64,000 nt of DNA, taken from positions 1-64,000 of the IMG/VR virus record IMGVR_UViG_3300021430_000575; one strand, written 5' to 3'. Shown in pieces: positions 40,639-51,455 of this stretch (the stretch's first letter is position 1; the number at the start of each line of letters is the position of its first letter). The notes beneath the pieces were generated by a model. The model searched no databases. It was not told the DNA's origin and was given only the letters and a program-made list of their open reading frames with translations. Made by a program: the position numbers and the translations under genes. The stretch comes from a virus (taxonomy: Duplodnaviria; Caudoviricetes).

Positions 40639-41344
40639 AAAAACAAATACTACTCATCATGTATACGATCTCTCGGTGTCGTCAAATCATAATTTTTTTA
40701 TAGGAAAATCTGAAATTTTGACGCATAATTGCGATCGTCTATCAATCCAAGCTCAGGATAGTCTCAAAAGTATGATTGAAGAATATAGTGTTATTTGCCG
40801 CTGGATTTTAACTACTAATAGACCAAATAAAATAACTGCTCCTTTGCATAGCAGACTGCAAGGTTTTCATATTGAACAGCTTGATCGAGAACAGTTTGTT
40901 ACAAGAGTTGCAACAATATTGATCAATGAAAATATCGATCTCAAAGAAGAAAATCTTGAAGTATTAGATGAATATGTCAGCGTGACATATCCAGATCTAA
41001 GAAAATGTATTAATACTCTCCAGCAAAATTGTAAAAATGGTGAATTAAAGCGTCCAAGCCATACAGGGTCTGGGAGTATGACTGAATATATGGTGCAGGC
41101 TGTGAGTTTGTTTAAATCTGGAAAAATACACGAAGCACGCAAGCTAATATGCGCAAATGCCACTGACAATGACTATGAAGAAATTTATCGGTTGCTATAT
41201 ACTAATCTTAATTGGTGGTCAGCTGATGAAGAAGAGCAACATAAGGCCATTGTAATTATAGCTAACAGACTAAAAGATCATGCATTGGTTGCTGATCCAG
41301 AAATTAATCTTGCAGCATGTTTGATTGAGCTTAGTATGCTTTAA
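40610..41344 (+). CDS. C-intein plus clamp loader C-terminal half
   Basis: KSIKK...VYDLSV..NHNF...ILTHN|CDRLS..AQDSL...PLHSR...PDLRKCIN. Confidence 0.9.
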   Translation: MQKLEIKSIKKTNTTHHVYDLSVSSNHNFFIGKSEILTHNCDRLSIQAQDSLKSMIEEYSVICRWILTTNRPNKITAPLHSRLQGFHIEQLDREQFVTRVATILINENIDLKEENLEVLDEYVSVTYPDLRKCINTLQQNCKNGELKRPSHTGSGSMTEYMVQAVSLFKSGKIHEARKLICANATDNDYEEIYRLLYTNLNWWSADEEEQHKAIVIIANRLKDHALVADPEINLAACLIELSML

Positions 41345-41390
41345 AATAATCTATATTTGAAAAATATTACAGATTATTATTAATACAGGG

Positions 41391-41651
41391 TTATACATTA
41401 TCTTTTATAGTTACAGTTCCTTCTTGTCCAACTAAAATAGATGTATCTGGAAATTCATCTGGATAAAGTTGTTTAGCAAAATATGTGTACGGGGCATATT
41501 TAATTATAACATCGTCTATATTGTTAAAATCACTGTAATGTAGTCCAGTAACAAATACAGTAATTGGTGTAATATTTGCATAGCTATATTCAACAATTAT
41601 GTCATTGTTTCTAGATGAGATAATTTTCCAGTTTACATTGATATCTTGCAT
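41391..41651 (-). CDS. small tail-fibre-associated protein
   Basis: Follows the giant fibre gene; RBS. Confidence 0.55.
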   Translation of the reverse strand: MQDINVNWKIISSRNNDIIVEYSYANITPITVFVTGLHYSDFNNIDDVIIKYAPYTYFAKQLYPDEFPDTSILVGQEGTVTIKDNV

Positions 41652-41675
41652 TTTATTCCCTTATGTATTATTAAT

Positions 41676-44600
41676 TTAAATTAAAGCAACATTACCGACC
41701 ATTTCTGTTACAGTAATATATGTAGTACCCGACCCTCCTGAGATTCTATAGTAAGTAGACATAGATGCTCGTATAGGTAACGGATTTGTATTTGGTAAAA
41801 TATAAGCAGCAACACATCTCATCGGAGCTTCGTGATATGCAAGGTTTGAGAATTGACAAAATGCTGTATTCAAAGGTATCCATGACCCGCCGTCCCAATA
41901 GCTTAGTGTCATAGAAACCACAGACGATTGGCTACCTACTGCCGGATTATCGCATTCAATTTTAATTGTATTGCCGGCTCTTTGAGGATTGTAAGTAAAT
42001 TCTAAGGTATTCCATAAACTAACATTCGCCACCATAGTCTGATATGCTATTTGATTGGGAAATACAGCAGCAGTTGTCTGTACGGTATTATCAGGGAAAC
42101 GAATGCCACTTTGTCGACTTGCAACATTTGAAATCTGTATATTACCATATACTGCAAGTTGAGAATTGGTAAAACCAGATGTAGATGAAGTTCCAATTCC
42201 AACATTTCCACCAGCAACTATTCCATTTCCAACACCAACCCCGCCGGCTACTGTTAACGCACCAGTTATAGTGCTAGTTGCTGCAGTGGAATTAGTAATA
42301 GATATATTACCAAATCTACCGCTGTTTGATACTTGTAAGCTACCAGTATTAGTTATAGTGCCGGTCAATGTTGGATTAGCACTTAGCACCATACTTCCAG
42401 TGCCAGTAACACTGTTGTCAAGCGTGACACTGCCATATCGTAGTGCACCTGGTAGTTCTAGAGTGCCAGCAGCCGCACCGGTCCAATAGAACAACTGTGC
42501 TGTATTGGTTGCAGTCTCTGGTTTAACGGTTAGAAATTTAGTTCCGCCTGTTGCATATACCCTTAAAGAATCAGCATTATTTAAACCTTGAACATTGAGC
42601 ACTGTAGAGATAGTTGGACTTGCTGATAATACCATACTACCGGTACCAGTTACACTGTTGGCAAGAGTTACACCACCATAGGTTATAGCACTACTGAAGG
42701 TTTGTGCAGCACTGAAGGTTTGTGCAATGCTTAATCCTGCAACAGTAAATGTCGAGTCAGGTATAGTAACAGTTCTGTTAGCTGTAGGTGTATTGGATAT
42801 CTCGTGATAAAATGTACCGGTGGAGTTAAATAAGCGTAATGCACCTGCACCTGTAACCGACAAGGCAAGTTTAGGTTCACCGGCGTTTACACTGGTAAGC
42901 ACTCGTAATTGACCGCCAGCACTTGTGCTTTCTGCCACAGCCAGAAGTTGAACTTTGTCTCCTCTACCTCCTGCACTACTATCATTGGCTCCGAATAATA
43001 GACTTCCTAGTTCAATACCGCCTGACAAGTTAGAAGAGTTCATAAGCCTTATTCTAGGAGGCAAAGTACTGGTCTCAGTACCATATATGTTAATAGCAGC
43101 GTTTCTTACTGTGGCTACAGGAACACTAAATCCAACGCCACTGCCACCTACGCTGGTATTGGCAACAGATATTACATCACCTGCAATGTATCGATTACCT
43201 TCTCTTACCAGTGTCACAGCGGTTACAGATCCAGAAGCTATTGTTATATTAGCCGTAGCAAGACTACCACTACCACCTGTGAGAGCAACAGCAGTATATG
43301 ATCCGTCTACATATCCAGATCCGCCTGTTATTGCACCAAATGTAAGTATAGGACCTCTATATGCGTCATCACCAAGCCCGATAGGAACGGTAGGACGAAG
43401 TTGAGTGGTTTGAACACTAAATCGGTTAACTCCGCTTACTGTGGTATTTACAGCTACGGTGGAACTGTTGTACCATATACCGCTTGTAAGTGCACCGGTC
43501 CAAGTAAAGCTGGGCTGTGTAGCACTGTCTGTTGCTATACCTTGGAATCCGCCATTTGTAAGACTGGTGGCATTAAATGTACCAGAACTTAACACGTCTG
43601 TACTTGGATTATAGGTAAGTCCACTGTCAACTCGTATACCAATATTACCCGATGTTGCTTCAACAAATGTAGGATAGAATGCAGCATTGGTTGTTGTGTT
43701 GATTACTGATATATTACTTGCATTAAATGCTGTGTTAGCAACACCGAATATTGTGCCACCTACATATAGGTTTCCACCAACACCAACACCACCTGCAACA
43801 GTTAATGCGCCAGAGGTTGTGCTTGTAGCTGCAGTGGTATTGGTAACTGATATATTTCCAACAGAAGAACTATTAGTAACTGATAATGAGCTTATTGTAA
43901 GCAGTCCAATGTTGCTTACTCTTAACAATGGACTTGCATTTAAATTATTATCGATATCAACAGCAAAATCACCGCCAGTTGCTTGCCCAATAAAAATTGA
44001 ACCAGTACTATTTCTAAATTCAGCACTTACATTTAACGATGCGGTGCGTTCTATAACAAGCGGAGTAGTATCTGCGCCTGACAACGTCAGTGTATTTCCA
44101 GTAGCTTGTCCAATCATTGGTGCTGTCAATGTAGGATTATTAGATAGCACCATGCTACCTGTACCAGTAACACTATTGCTAAGTGTCACACCACCATAAG
44201 TTAATGCACCATTAAGATGTAATAATGAAACAGGGACGGTTGTACCAATACCAACTAATCCTGTCGAGGTGATTCGCATTCTTTCATCAATAACTGCATC
44301 ACCAGCAGTGTTAGTTGCAAAAGCCAATGCGCCGCCAAGTCCTGCTACATTATAATTTGTATAAACACCGTATATACCAGCAAGACGAGCAATGTTTGAG
44401 GTGGCATTAGTTCCAATAAAAAATTCAATACCGTTTGTTTGGTTAAGTGCACCACCATTAGAGTTTGAAATTTTAAGAACTGCAGTTGAGTCACCAATAA
44501 TTGTAGAAGAATCGTTTCTAGCAATAGCAAGTGGATTATCAAAGGTAGATATGCCAACACCTATGTTACCTGCAAAATAAGACTTTGCAGTGCTTAGACT

Positions 44601-47600
44601 ATTGATTGCATATGCATTAACAGCAGTATTACTGTTAATGATAGAATTTTCAATCAGTAGACCTGCACTATAGCTTAATGAATTGTTACCAGCGTATGTT
44701 ACTGCACCAATTCTAAGACCAAATGCATTGCCATTTCCTCTTCCAGTAATATCAGAAACAGACAGACCGCCAGCTGTTGCACCTGGTTGGCTGCCTAATA
44801 CATTTGAAATGTCCGTTATAACAAGTCCATATGCTGGACCACTGCCGGGTACATTGTTAGATGTAACGCGGCTAATGATCTGACCATAAGCGGAATAACC
44901 TGAACCTCCTGCAGATATACCGTCAATCTGTTGACCAATTGCATTACGAGCAACACTACCTACAGCCACATTGGTGATTGTAGCGCCATACTCACCTTGG
45001 ATGCTGCCGCCTCCTGGATTAAATATTGGTCCATATGCGCCACCGTCACCCCACACGTCAAAACGTGATCTTGGTGATGATGTACCTATACCAACTTGTC
45101 CAGTTACTAGTATATTCGAACCAGCAAATATGTTACCTACTATTCCGACCCCGCCTGCAACTGTTAATGCACCAGTAGTTGAGCTGGTAGATGCAGTGGT
45201 ATTATTAATAGATAAGTTACCAACAACCAGACTGTTTTGAATAGCAGCATTGCCAGTTAATGACAGTTGATTTGTACTCGGGTTAAATGTTAAGCTACTA
45301 CCTGCTCTGATACCGATGTTACCTGAGGTTGCTTCGACAAATGCAGGATAAAATGTTGCATTGGAGGATGTATTGGTTACAGATACATTACTTGCGTTAA
45401 ATGCGGTGTTAGCAACACCAAATATTCTTCCACCTACATAGATATTGCCTCCAATACCAATACCGCCTGCGCCTTGTATAATTAAAGCACCAGTTGATGT
45501 TGATATTGACGGGGTAGGTGTATTGCTTGCACTGCCTATGGTAATATTTCCAAATGAAGCATCACCTAGTGCGCCGGCATAAATTCCAGTGGTACTACCA
45601 GCAGAGGCATTGCTGATATAGACAAATTGGCCTGTTGAATTTTGCCAACCAATAAATCCGTATCTATCTCCGCCGCCGGAGTAATAATGATACTCGAGAC
45701 CTCTATCATAGCTATCTGGTGTTGTGAGTGGTGTACCATTTGGACCTGTTCCAATTGCAACTGCAGGATCTTCAATAACAGCGACATTGGTATTAATATA
45801 AGTAACGTTACCATTTACAATTAAATTCCCGGCAACATATAAGCTGCCGCCAATACCAGCTCCTCCCGCTACTGTTAGTGCACCAGTTGAAGTACTTGTT
45901 GCTGCAGTAGTACTTGTAATATTTACATTACCAGAAAATGTTCCGTTTGTGGTTGATAGAGCTCCAACAAGTGTTAATGCACCAGCTCCGGTTAACGTAG
46001 CTCCTAGAGTTGTTCCACCGTACCATTTAAAAGATCGACCGGCATCAGGAACACTAAACCATAGTGTGCTGCTGTCAATACCCAACGCATAGTCAACTGC
46101 CGCTGCAGTTATAGCAGGATATAATACTAATTTTGTACCTGCACTGCGAGTGGTAAATGCTGGTGGTGCGACGCCGTTTGTATTCCAATCAATTCTATTA
46201 CCTGTTCCATTGAGATAAATCTGTCCGCCACCTTCGGCAGTGTTATTTGTTAATGTGGATATTATTTGTCCTGGAAAGCTAGTGCTATTTGGTGTAACTG
46301 TTAGGCTAAGGGTTGGTTCGCCTGCATTCAAGCTGGTATATACTCGTAGAGTTCCTCCACCTGAAGAACCTGCTGCTACTCCTTGAAGCCAAACTTTATC
46401 GCCTCTACCGCCAGTGGCAGCGTCATTAGCTCCGAATAACACAGTTCCTAGTTCTTGTCCGCCGCCTAAGGTAGTGTCAGTATTCATAAGCCTAATTCGA
46501 GGTGGCAAGGTACCAGATGTAGAACCATATATATTAATAGCTGCGGTTCTTACAGTGGATACCGGAACACTAAATCCAGTTCCACTACCCCCTACACCAG
46601 TATTAGCAACCGATAATACATCGCCTGCAATGTATCGGCCACCTTCTGCTACTAGTGTAACACTTGATACAGAGCTATTTGTTACTGTTATGTTAGCCGA
46701 TGCTATAGAGCCGTTACCTCCTGTAAGAGCAACAGCCGTATATGAGCCATCGACGTAGCCAGATCCGCCTGTGATTGCACCAAATGTAAGGATAGGTCCT
46801 CTATATGCATCATCGCCTAACCCAATAGGAACTGTAGGGCGAAGTTGGGTGGTTTGTACACTAAAACGATTAGTGCCACTTACTGTAGTATTTACAGAAA
46901 TTGTAGAGCTGTCATAATATAATCCACTTGTAAGTCCACCAGTCCACGTAAAGCTCGGTTGTGTGGCACTATCCGTTGCTATGCCCTGAAATCCGCCATT
47001 CGTAAGACTGGTAGCATTAAATGTACCGGCATTAAACACATCTGTATTTGGGTTATAAGTAAGTCCAACATCTGCTCTAATACTAATATTGCCAGTGGTT
47101 GCTTCAACAAATGTAGGATAGAACGTTGCGTTTGTAGTAGTGTTAAATACCGATACATTGCTTGCATTAAATGATGTGTTAGCAACACCAAATATTGTTC
47201 CGCCTACATATAAATTACCACCAATGCCAACACCCCCTGCCACAGTTAATGCACCTGTTGTGCTACTAGTTGCTGCAGTGGAGTTAGTAATAGCTATATT
47301 ACCAGCAGATATGCTGTTTTGTATGGCAGCATTTCCTATTAATGATATCTGATTTGTACTAGGATTAAACGTAAACACCGGATCTGTTCTAAGTCCAATA
47401 TTACCTGTTGTTGCTTCAACAAAAGCAGGATAGAATGTTGCATTTGTAGTAGTGCTAGTTACGGACAAGTTACTTGCATTAAATGCCGTGTTAGCAACAC
47501 CAAATATTCTTCCACCTACATAGACATTTCCTGCTATTCCCGCACCACCTGCTACTATTAATGCACCAGATGTTGTGCTGGTTGCAGCAGTAGAATTGGT

Positions 47601-49370
47601 AATAGATAGATTGGCAATTTGTGTGGCTTCGGTAATTCTAACATTACCCCATACCTCTAGCCTTGCACGAGGAGGAAATGTACCGACACCTACTCTACCA
47701 ATTCCATCAACAATAAACGGAGTTGTATCATTGGCGCTGTCGCTGACAATCAACGAATTCCCTGATCCATCTTGACGTATTCTTACAGTATCAGTTGTGT
47801 TATTTGCGTAAACTCTAAGAACAGATCTAACTAGATCGCTGGTACCAATACCGATATTACTTGTTATATATGCATTGCTAGCCCAGATATTACCGGCGAC
47901 ACCAATGCCACCGGCTACTCTTAATGCACCTGTAATTGTACTAGTAGAAGATGTAGTATTGGTAACTGATATATTACCTGCCCATAGACTACCCGTGGTA
48001 TATATATTTCCTCTTACATCAACTCGTTGAGTTGGCGATGCAATACCTATGCCAAAATTACCAGTAATATTATCAAAGAACAATTGATTGGTCGGAGCAA
48101 GTCTTACGTTACCACTGGTGCTGTATAAAATAGATCCACTAACCGGTGTAAGGTCGGAACTAGTACCACCTCGACTCATTGGCAACTGGCCGGTGGTTAT
48201 AGTTGTATTTGATAGATTAACTGCACCCCATAATAACTCACTACCGTTAGTAGTTAATATCTTGTCTATACTACCAATCGGAAGTTTACCAAGTAACAAC
48301 GAGTCGTTTGTTCCATAGAGAAGATCTCCATTGCTAATAGAGGTAAATCCAGTTCCGCCGACGTCAACATTAATTACTCGACCTGCCCATTCAGCTCCTT
48401 TAATTCTGTTTGTCGACGGATTATACGTATACTCAGTATCAGCACGAATAACTGAACTACCGGCAACTGTATCTACAAACGGAACATAATAATCATTATT
48501 ATTAGCTGAGCTATCAACAATAATAACATTTGCGATATTTCCACTGTTTAAAATAGAGCCATCTGGGAACCGAATTGAACTTTGTCTGCCAGAAACATTT
48601 GATATCTGTATATTTCCGTAAACTGCTAATGCCGCATTAGTAAAACCTACAGTCGATGAAGTACCAATTCCAATGTTTCCTCCAGCAATTATACCGTTTG
48701 CAATACCTGCTCCCCCTGATACAATTAACGCACCGGTTGTGCTGCTAGTTGATGCTGTAGAATTAGTAATGGATAAATTTCCAAACCTACCACTATTTTG
48801 TATCCAAGCATTACCTGTAAGAGATAGCTGATTTGTGCTTGGATTAAACGTCCACATGCTATCTGCACGTATACTAATATTTCCTGTAGTTGCCTCGACA
48901 AAAGTAGGATAGAAAGTTGCGTTAGTAGTTGTATCAACTACTGCAATATTACTGGCACTAAATGCCGACCCAGATGCAGCAGTAGCCTGAAATGTACCAT
49001 CAGAGAAAACAACACCACCAATTGTTGATGTGTTTCCAATACGTATATTGCCAAATACATGTAACGGCGATAATGGGGTTGCTGTACCAACACCAACATT
49101 TCCGCCAAATGCAGAAAGACTTACATTACCACTTGCATCAACATTGATAATAGGTATTCCAGAAATATCATTTACTGAGAAAATTGACCCAGATGTAACG
49201 TTATTAGAAATACTGAATAGTTGTCCAGTAATATTTTCAAAACTTAAACTGTTATCGTCGGTGACACGCAGAGTCATTGGTACATTAGCATTACCTGTGA
49301 AAACAACGTTTGGCTGTCCAGGTAGGTTTCTATTTGGTATGATAACTATGTTTTTGTCACTATTGGCCAT
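41676..49370 (-). CDS. giant tail fibre protein (2564 aa)
   Basis: GNVGIGT and TSTTTGAL.V.GG.G repeats, internal duplication, C-terminal globular domain. Confidence 0.85.
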   Translation of the reverse strand: MANSDKNIVIIPNRNLPGQPNVVFTGNANVPMTLRVTDDNSLSFENITGQLFSISNNVTSGSIFSVNDISGIPIINVDASGNVSLSAFGGNVGVGTATPLSPLHVFGNIRIGNTSTIGGVVFSDGTFQATAASGSAFSASNIAVVDTTTNATFYPTFVEATTGNISIRADSMWTFNPSTNQLSLTGNAWIQNSGRFGNLSITNSTASTSSTTGALIVSGGAGIANGIIAGGNIGIGTSSTVGFTNAALAVYGNIQISNVSGRQSSIRFPDGSILNSGNIANVIIVDSSANNNDYYVPFVDTVAGSSVIRADTEYTYNPSTNRIKGAEWAGRVINVDVGGTGFTSISNGDLLYGTNDSLLLGKLPIGSIDKILTTNGSELLWGAVNLSNTTITTGQLPMSRGGTSSDLTPVSGSILYSTSGNVRLAPTNQLFFDNITGNFGIGIASPTQRVDVRGNIYTTGSLWAGNISVTNTTSSTSTITGALRVAGGIGVAGNIWASNAYITSNIGIGTSDLVRSVLRVYANNTTDTVRIRQDGSGNSLIVSDSANDTTPFIVDGIGRVGVGTFPPRARLEVWGNVRITEATQIANLSITNSTAATSTTSGALIVAGGAGIAGNVYVGGRIFGVANTAFNASNLSVTSTTTNATFYPAFVEATTGNIGLRTDPVFTFNPSTNQISLIGNAAIQNSISAGNIAITNSTAATSSTTGALTVAGGVGIGGNLYVGGTIFGVANTSFNASNVSVFNTTTNATFYPTFVEATTGNISIRADVGLTYNPNTDVFNAGTFNATSLTNGGFQGIATDSATQPSFTWTGGLTSGLYYDSSTISVNTTVSGTNRFSVQTTQLRPTVPIGLGDDAYRGPILTFGAITGGSGYVDGSYTAVALTGGNGSIASANITVTNSSVSSVTLVAEGGRYIAGDVLSVANTGVGGSGTGFSVPVSTVRTAAINIYGSTSGTLPPRIRLMNTDTTLGGGQELGTVLFGANDAATGGRGDKVWLQGVAAGSSGGGTLRVYTSLNAGEPTLSLTVTPNSTSFPGQIISTLTNNTAEGGGQIYLNGTGNRIDWNTNGVAPPAFTTRSAGTKLVLYPAITAAAVDYALGIDSSTLWFSVPDAGRSFKWYGGTTLGATLTGAGALTLVGALSTTNGTFSGNVNITSTTAATSTSTGALTVAGGAGIGGSLYVAGNLIVNGNVTYINTNVAVIEDPAVAIGTGPNGTPLTTPDSYDRGLEYHYYSGGGDRYGFIGWQNSTGQFVYISNASAGSTTGIYAGALGDASFGNITIGSASNTPTPSISTSTGALIIQGAGGIGIGGNIYVGGRIFGVANTAFNASNVSVTNTSSNATFYPAFVEATSGNIGIRAGSSLTFNPSTNQLSLTGNAAIQNSLVVGNLSINNTTASTSSTTGALTVAGGVGIVGNIFAGSNILVTGQVGIGTSSPRSRFDVWGDGGAYGPIFNPGGGSIQGEYGATITNVAVGSVARNAIGQQIDGISAGGSGYSAYGQIISRVTSNNVPGSGPAYGLVITDISNVLGSQPGATAGGLSVSDITGRGNGNAFGLRIGAVTYAGNNSLSYSAGLLIENSIINSNTAVNAYAINSLSTAKSYFAGNIGVGISTFDNPLAIARNDSSTIIGDSTAVLKISNSNGGALNQTNGIEFFIGTNATSNIARLAGIYGVYTNYNVAGLGGALAFATNTAGDAVIDERMRITSTGLVGIGTTVPVSLLHLNGALTYGGVTLSNSVTGTGSMVLSNNPTLTAPMIGQATGNTLTLSGADTTPLVIERTASLNVSAEFRNSTGSIFIGQATGGDFAVDIDNNLNASPLLRVSNIGLLTISSLSVTNSSSVGNISVTNTTAATSTTSGALTVAGGVGVGGNLYVGGTIFGVANTAFNASNISVINTTTNAAFYPTFVEATSGNIGIRVDSGLTYNPSTDVLSSGTFNATSLTNGGFQGIATDSATQPSFTWTGALTSGIWYNSSTVAVNTTVSGVNRFSVQTTQLRPTVPIGLGDDAYRGPILTFGAITGGSGYVDGSYTAVALTGGSGSLATANITIASGSVTAVTLVREGNRYIAGDVISVANTSVGGSGVGFSVPVATVRNAAINIYGTETSTLPPRIRLMNSSNLSGGIELGSLLFGANDSSAGGRGDKVQLLAVAESTSAGGQLRVLTSVNAGEPKLALSVTGAGALRLFNSTGTFYHEISNTPTANRTVTIPDSTFTVAGLSIAQTFSAAQTFSSAITYGGVTLANSVTGTGSMVLSASPTISTVLNVQGLNNADSLRVYATGGTKFLTVKPETATNTAQLFYWTGAAAGTLELPGALRYGSVTLDNSVTGTGSMVLSANPTLTGTITNTGSLQVSNSGRFGNISITNSTAATSTITGALTVAGGVGVGNGIVAGGNVGIGTSSTSGFTNSQLAVYGNIQISNVASRQSGIRFPDNTVQTTAAVFPNQIAYQTMVANVSLWNTLEFTYNPQRAGNTIKIECDNPAVGSQSSVVSMTLSYWDGGSWIPLNTAFCQFSNLAYHEAPMRCVAAYILPNTNPLPIRASMSTYYRISGGSGTTYITVTEMVGNVALI

Positions 49371-49434
49371 TTCTCAATCCTTGTACTCGATATTTATCGG
49401 TTATTAGCAGACAATTCACAGTTATTGGTATAAA

Positions 49435-50118
49435 TCATAGTCCAAATCTTCCTCGAGTTGCATTAAAAAGATGTGTTATTTCATTATTTGATAGAGCTCT
49501 GTTATATAACATTCCTGTTGCTACGTAGCCCCACGGTTGATTATTGCTACTATCACCTAAATTTCCTAACCAAACGTGCACTCCTCCGGCTACACTATAG
49601 GCTATCGTATTTCCTACTGGAACATCATTAACAAACAGAGAACTAGACCCACCTGATGATGTAATAGTCCACATTGTCCATTTAGCTTCGAGCTCGGCTG
49701 TGATAATATTATATCCAAATGATCTAAAAGTTCCACTGATCCACATGCCTGCTAGACCTGTGGTTTTTTGTATTAAAAAAGGATGATTACCGGTTGCCGA
49801 TGAATGTCTCCATAATGTTCTCCAAGTTGATACCTGCGAATCCAACAAACATCTAGCCCATGATACCATAGTGTATGATGCCGGCAATGTGTAATTAACA
49901 GACGTTCGTGTTATTACTCTACCAGTAGCTGCGCAGTCAAAACACTGAACTCCATCTTGCGATGTTAGTGCTACACCTGCTGAGAGAGTATGATTAATAC
50001 GATTTGTTGACAGATCGTTGAAACTGGTTCCAGATCCTGTATAACTGCGTGGATTAATCACGTCCAAGTATAAATCTAACCCAATAATTGGAATTAACGG
50101 TCCGTGTCCTAAACTCAT
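49435..50118 (-). CDS. LamG/ConA-like lectin domain protein
   Basis: GL.LYLD..NP.SY.GSG...DLS; YNRAL...F.A.RGRFG. Confidence 0.8.
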   Translation of the reverse strand: MSLGHGPLIPIIGLDLYLDVINPRSYTGSGTSFNDLSTNRINHTLSAGVALTSQDGVQCFDCAATGRVITRTSVNYTLPASYTMVSWARCLLDSQVSTWRTLWRHSSATGNHPFLIQKTTGLAGMWISGTFRSFGYNIITAELEAKWTMWTITSSGGSSSLFVNDVPVGNTIAYSVAGGVHVWLGNLGDSSNNQPWGYVATGMLYNRALSNNEITHLFNATRGRFGL

Positions 50119-50792
50119 ATACTAAACCTTCCACGTAATGCATTAAAGTTTTGTACAGTTTCAGCGGCTGTTAAAACTCTATTATAAACTGCTGCTATTG
50201 CCAAATCGCCGTTATAATAATATCCTCTAGTACCGCTGTAACCCCCATGTGCCCCTATGCTCATGCCACTGGCATTTGTCGCTACTGTACCAACAGTTGT
50301 GCCTGTTCCGGCAACAGATGAGTTAATATAACAAACTTGTGATCCACTGGTAAATGTAAATACCACTTGATACCAGTCTGTTGTATTCATAAAATTAGCT
50401 GTGGTTACGGCTATTGTATTCACTATAGTACCTGTGTTTACTCTACAGAAAATAACAGTACCTCCTTGAAAAAGACTATATTGTGTATTAACATTTCCTT
50501 TTTCAAACCAAAATCCATTTTGATTTAATGAATTTGTGCGAACCCAAACCATTATACTGAAATTTTGATTGTCCAATGCTGTTGTATTGGTAAATCTAAT
50601 ATATTTATTTGTAACAAAAGAAAAATATCCATCCAAATTGTATACAGGCGCGTTTACTGCTTCTCCAGTGGTAGAGTTTTTCATTAAATCAAAACATGCT
50701 GTTCCTGTACCTGGATAGCTCATTGTGTTTTTAGCATCAAAATAAAAAACCATTCCATTTGTCAACACAGATGGTCCAGCAAATGCACTCAT
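50115..50792 (-). CDS. LamG/ConA-like lectin domain protein
   Basis: Paralogous motifs; WYQVVFT, VYNRVL. Confidence 0.8.
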   Translation of the reverse strand: MSAFAGPSVLTNGMVFYFDAKNTMSYPGTGTACFDLMKNSTTGEAVNAPVYNLDGYFSFVTNKYIRFTNTTALDNQNFSIMVWVRTNSLNQNGFWFEKGNVNTQYSLFQGGTVIFCRVNTGTIVNTIAVTTANFMNTTDWYQVVFTFTSGSQVCYINSSVAGTGTTVGTVATNASGMSIGAHGGYSGTRGYYYNGDLAIAAVYNRVLTAAETVQNFNALRGRFSI

Positions 50793-51454
50793 AGTCCAAA
50801 CCTCGATCTAGTTGCTTGAAAATTTTGATATATTTCTTGTGGTGTTAGAAGCCTTGAATATTGTCTAGCTATTGACACTTCTATGTTTGAATACAGATTA
50901 TCTCTGTTATCTTTGGCAATACTCCACACAGCATTGCCGGCTACACCTAAATCAGTGCTGGTAAATTCAGGAGTATCCAATTCACCGTTTGCATAATAGG
51001 TAGCAGTATATCCAGATAACAATACAACTGCCTGAACCCATTCTCCAATGGCCATTGTTTTATTAGATAATATTAAACTGCTGTCGTCCCATCTCCAACC
51101 AAACTTTCCTGTTCCGGTTGTTGTGCGCAATATACCACTGGAACCATTTCGATCGCCCCAGATAGCCATTCCAGCTAATGATAAAAATCGAAACCATATT
51201 TCAACAGTGCGGGTTGGTGATGCACTCCACGTAATGTTTAGTGCGCTGCTGCCTATATCAGCATGTTGATTGATACCATCAAATACAAAAGTTGATCCTG
51301 TAAACGTAGGAGTATTAAGTAAATTAAGACCGGATGTAACACCTGATATGTCTGTCCAGGTATCACCGGTACCTGGATAACTTCGTTGATTAGCCGCATC
51401 GACACAGAACAATAATCCATTTGTTACAGCAGACGGTCCGTACGCAACCGACAT
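50789..51454 (-). CDS. LamG/ConA-like lectin domain protein
   Basis: Paralogous motifs. Confidence 0.8.
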   Translation of the reverse strand: MSVAYGPSAVTNGLLFCVDAANQRSYPGTGDTWTDISGVTSGLNLLNTPTFTGSTFVFDGINQHADIGSSALNITWSASPTRTVEIWFRFLSLAGMAIWGDRNGSSGILRTTTGTGKFGWRWDDSSLILSNKTMAIGEWVQAVVLLSGYTATYYANGELDTPEFTSTDLGVAGNAVWSIAKDNRDNLYSNIEVSIARQYSRLLTPQEIYQNFQATRSRFGL

Positions 51455-51455
51455 A

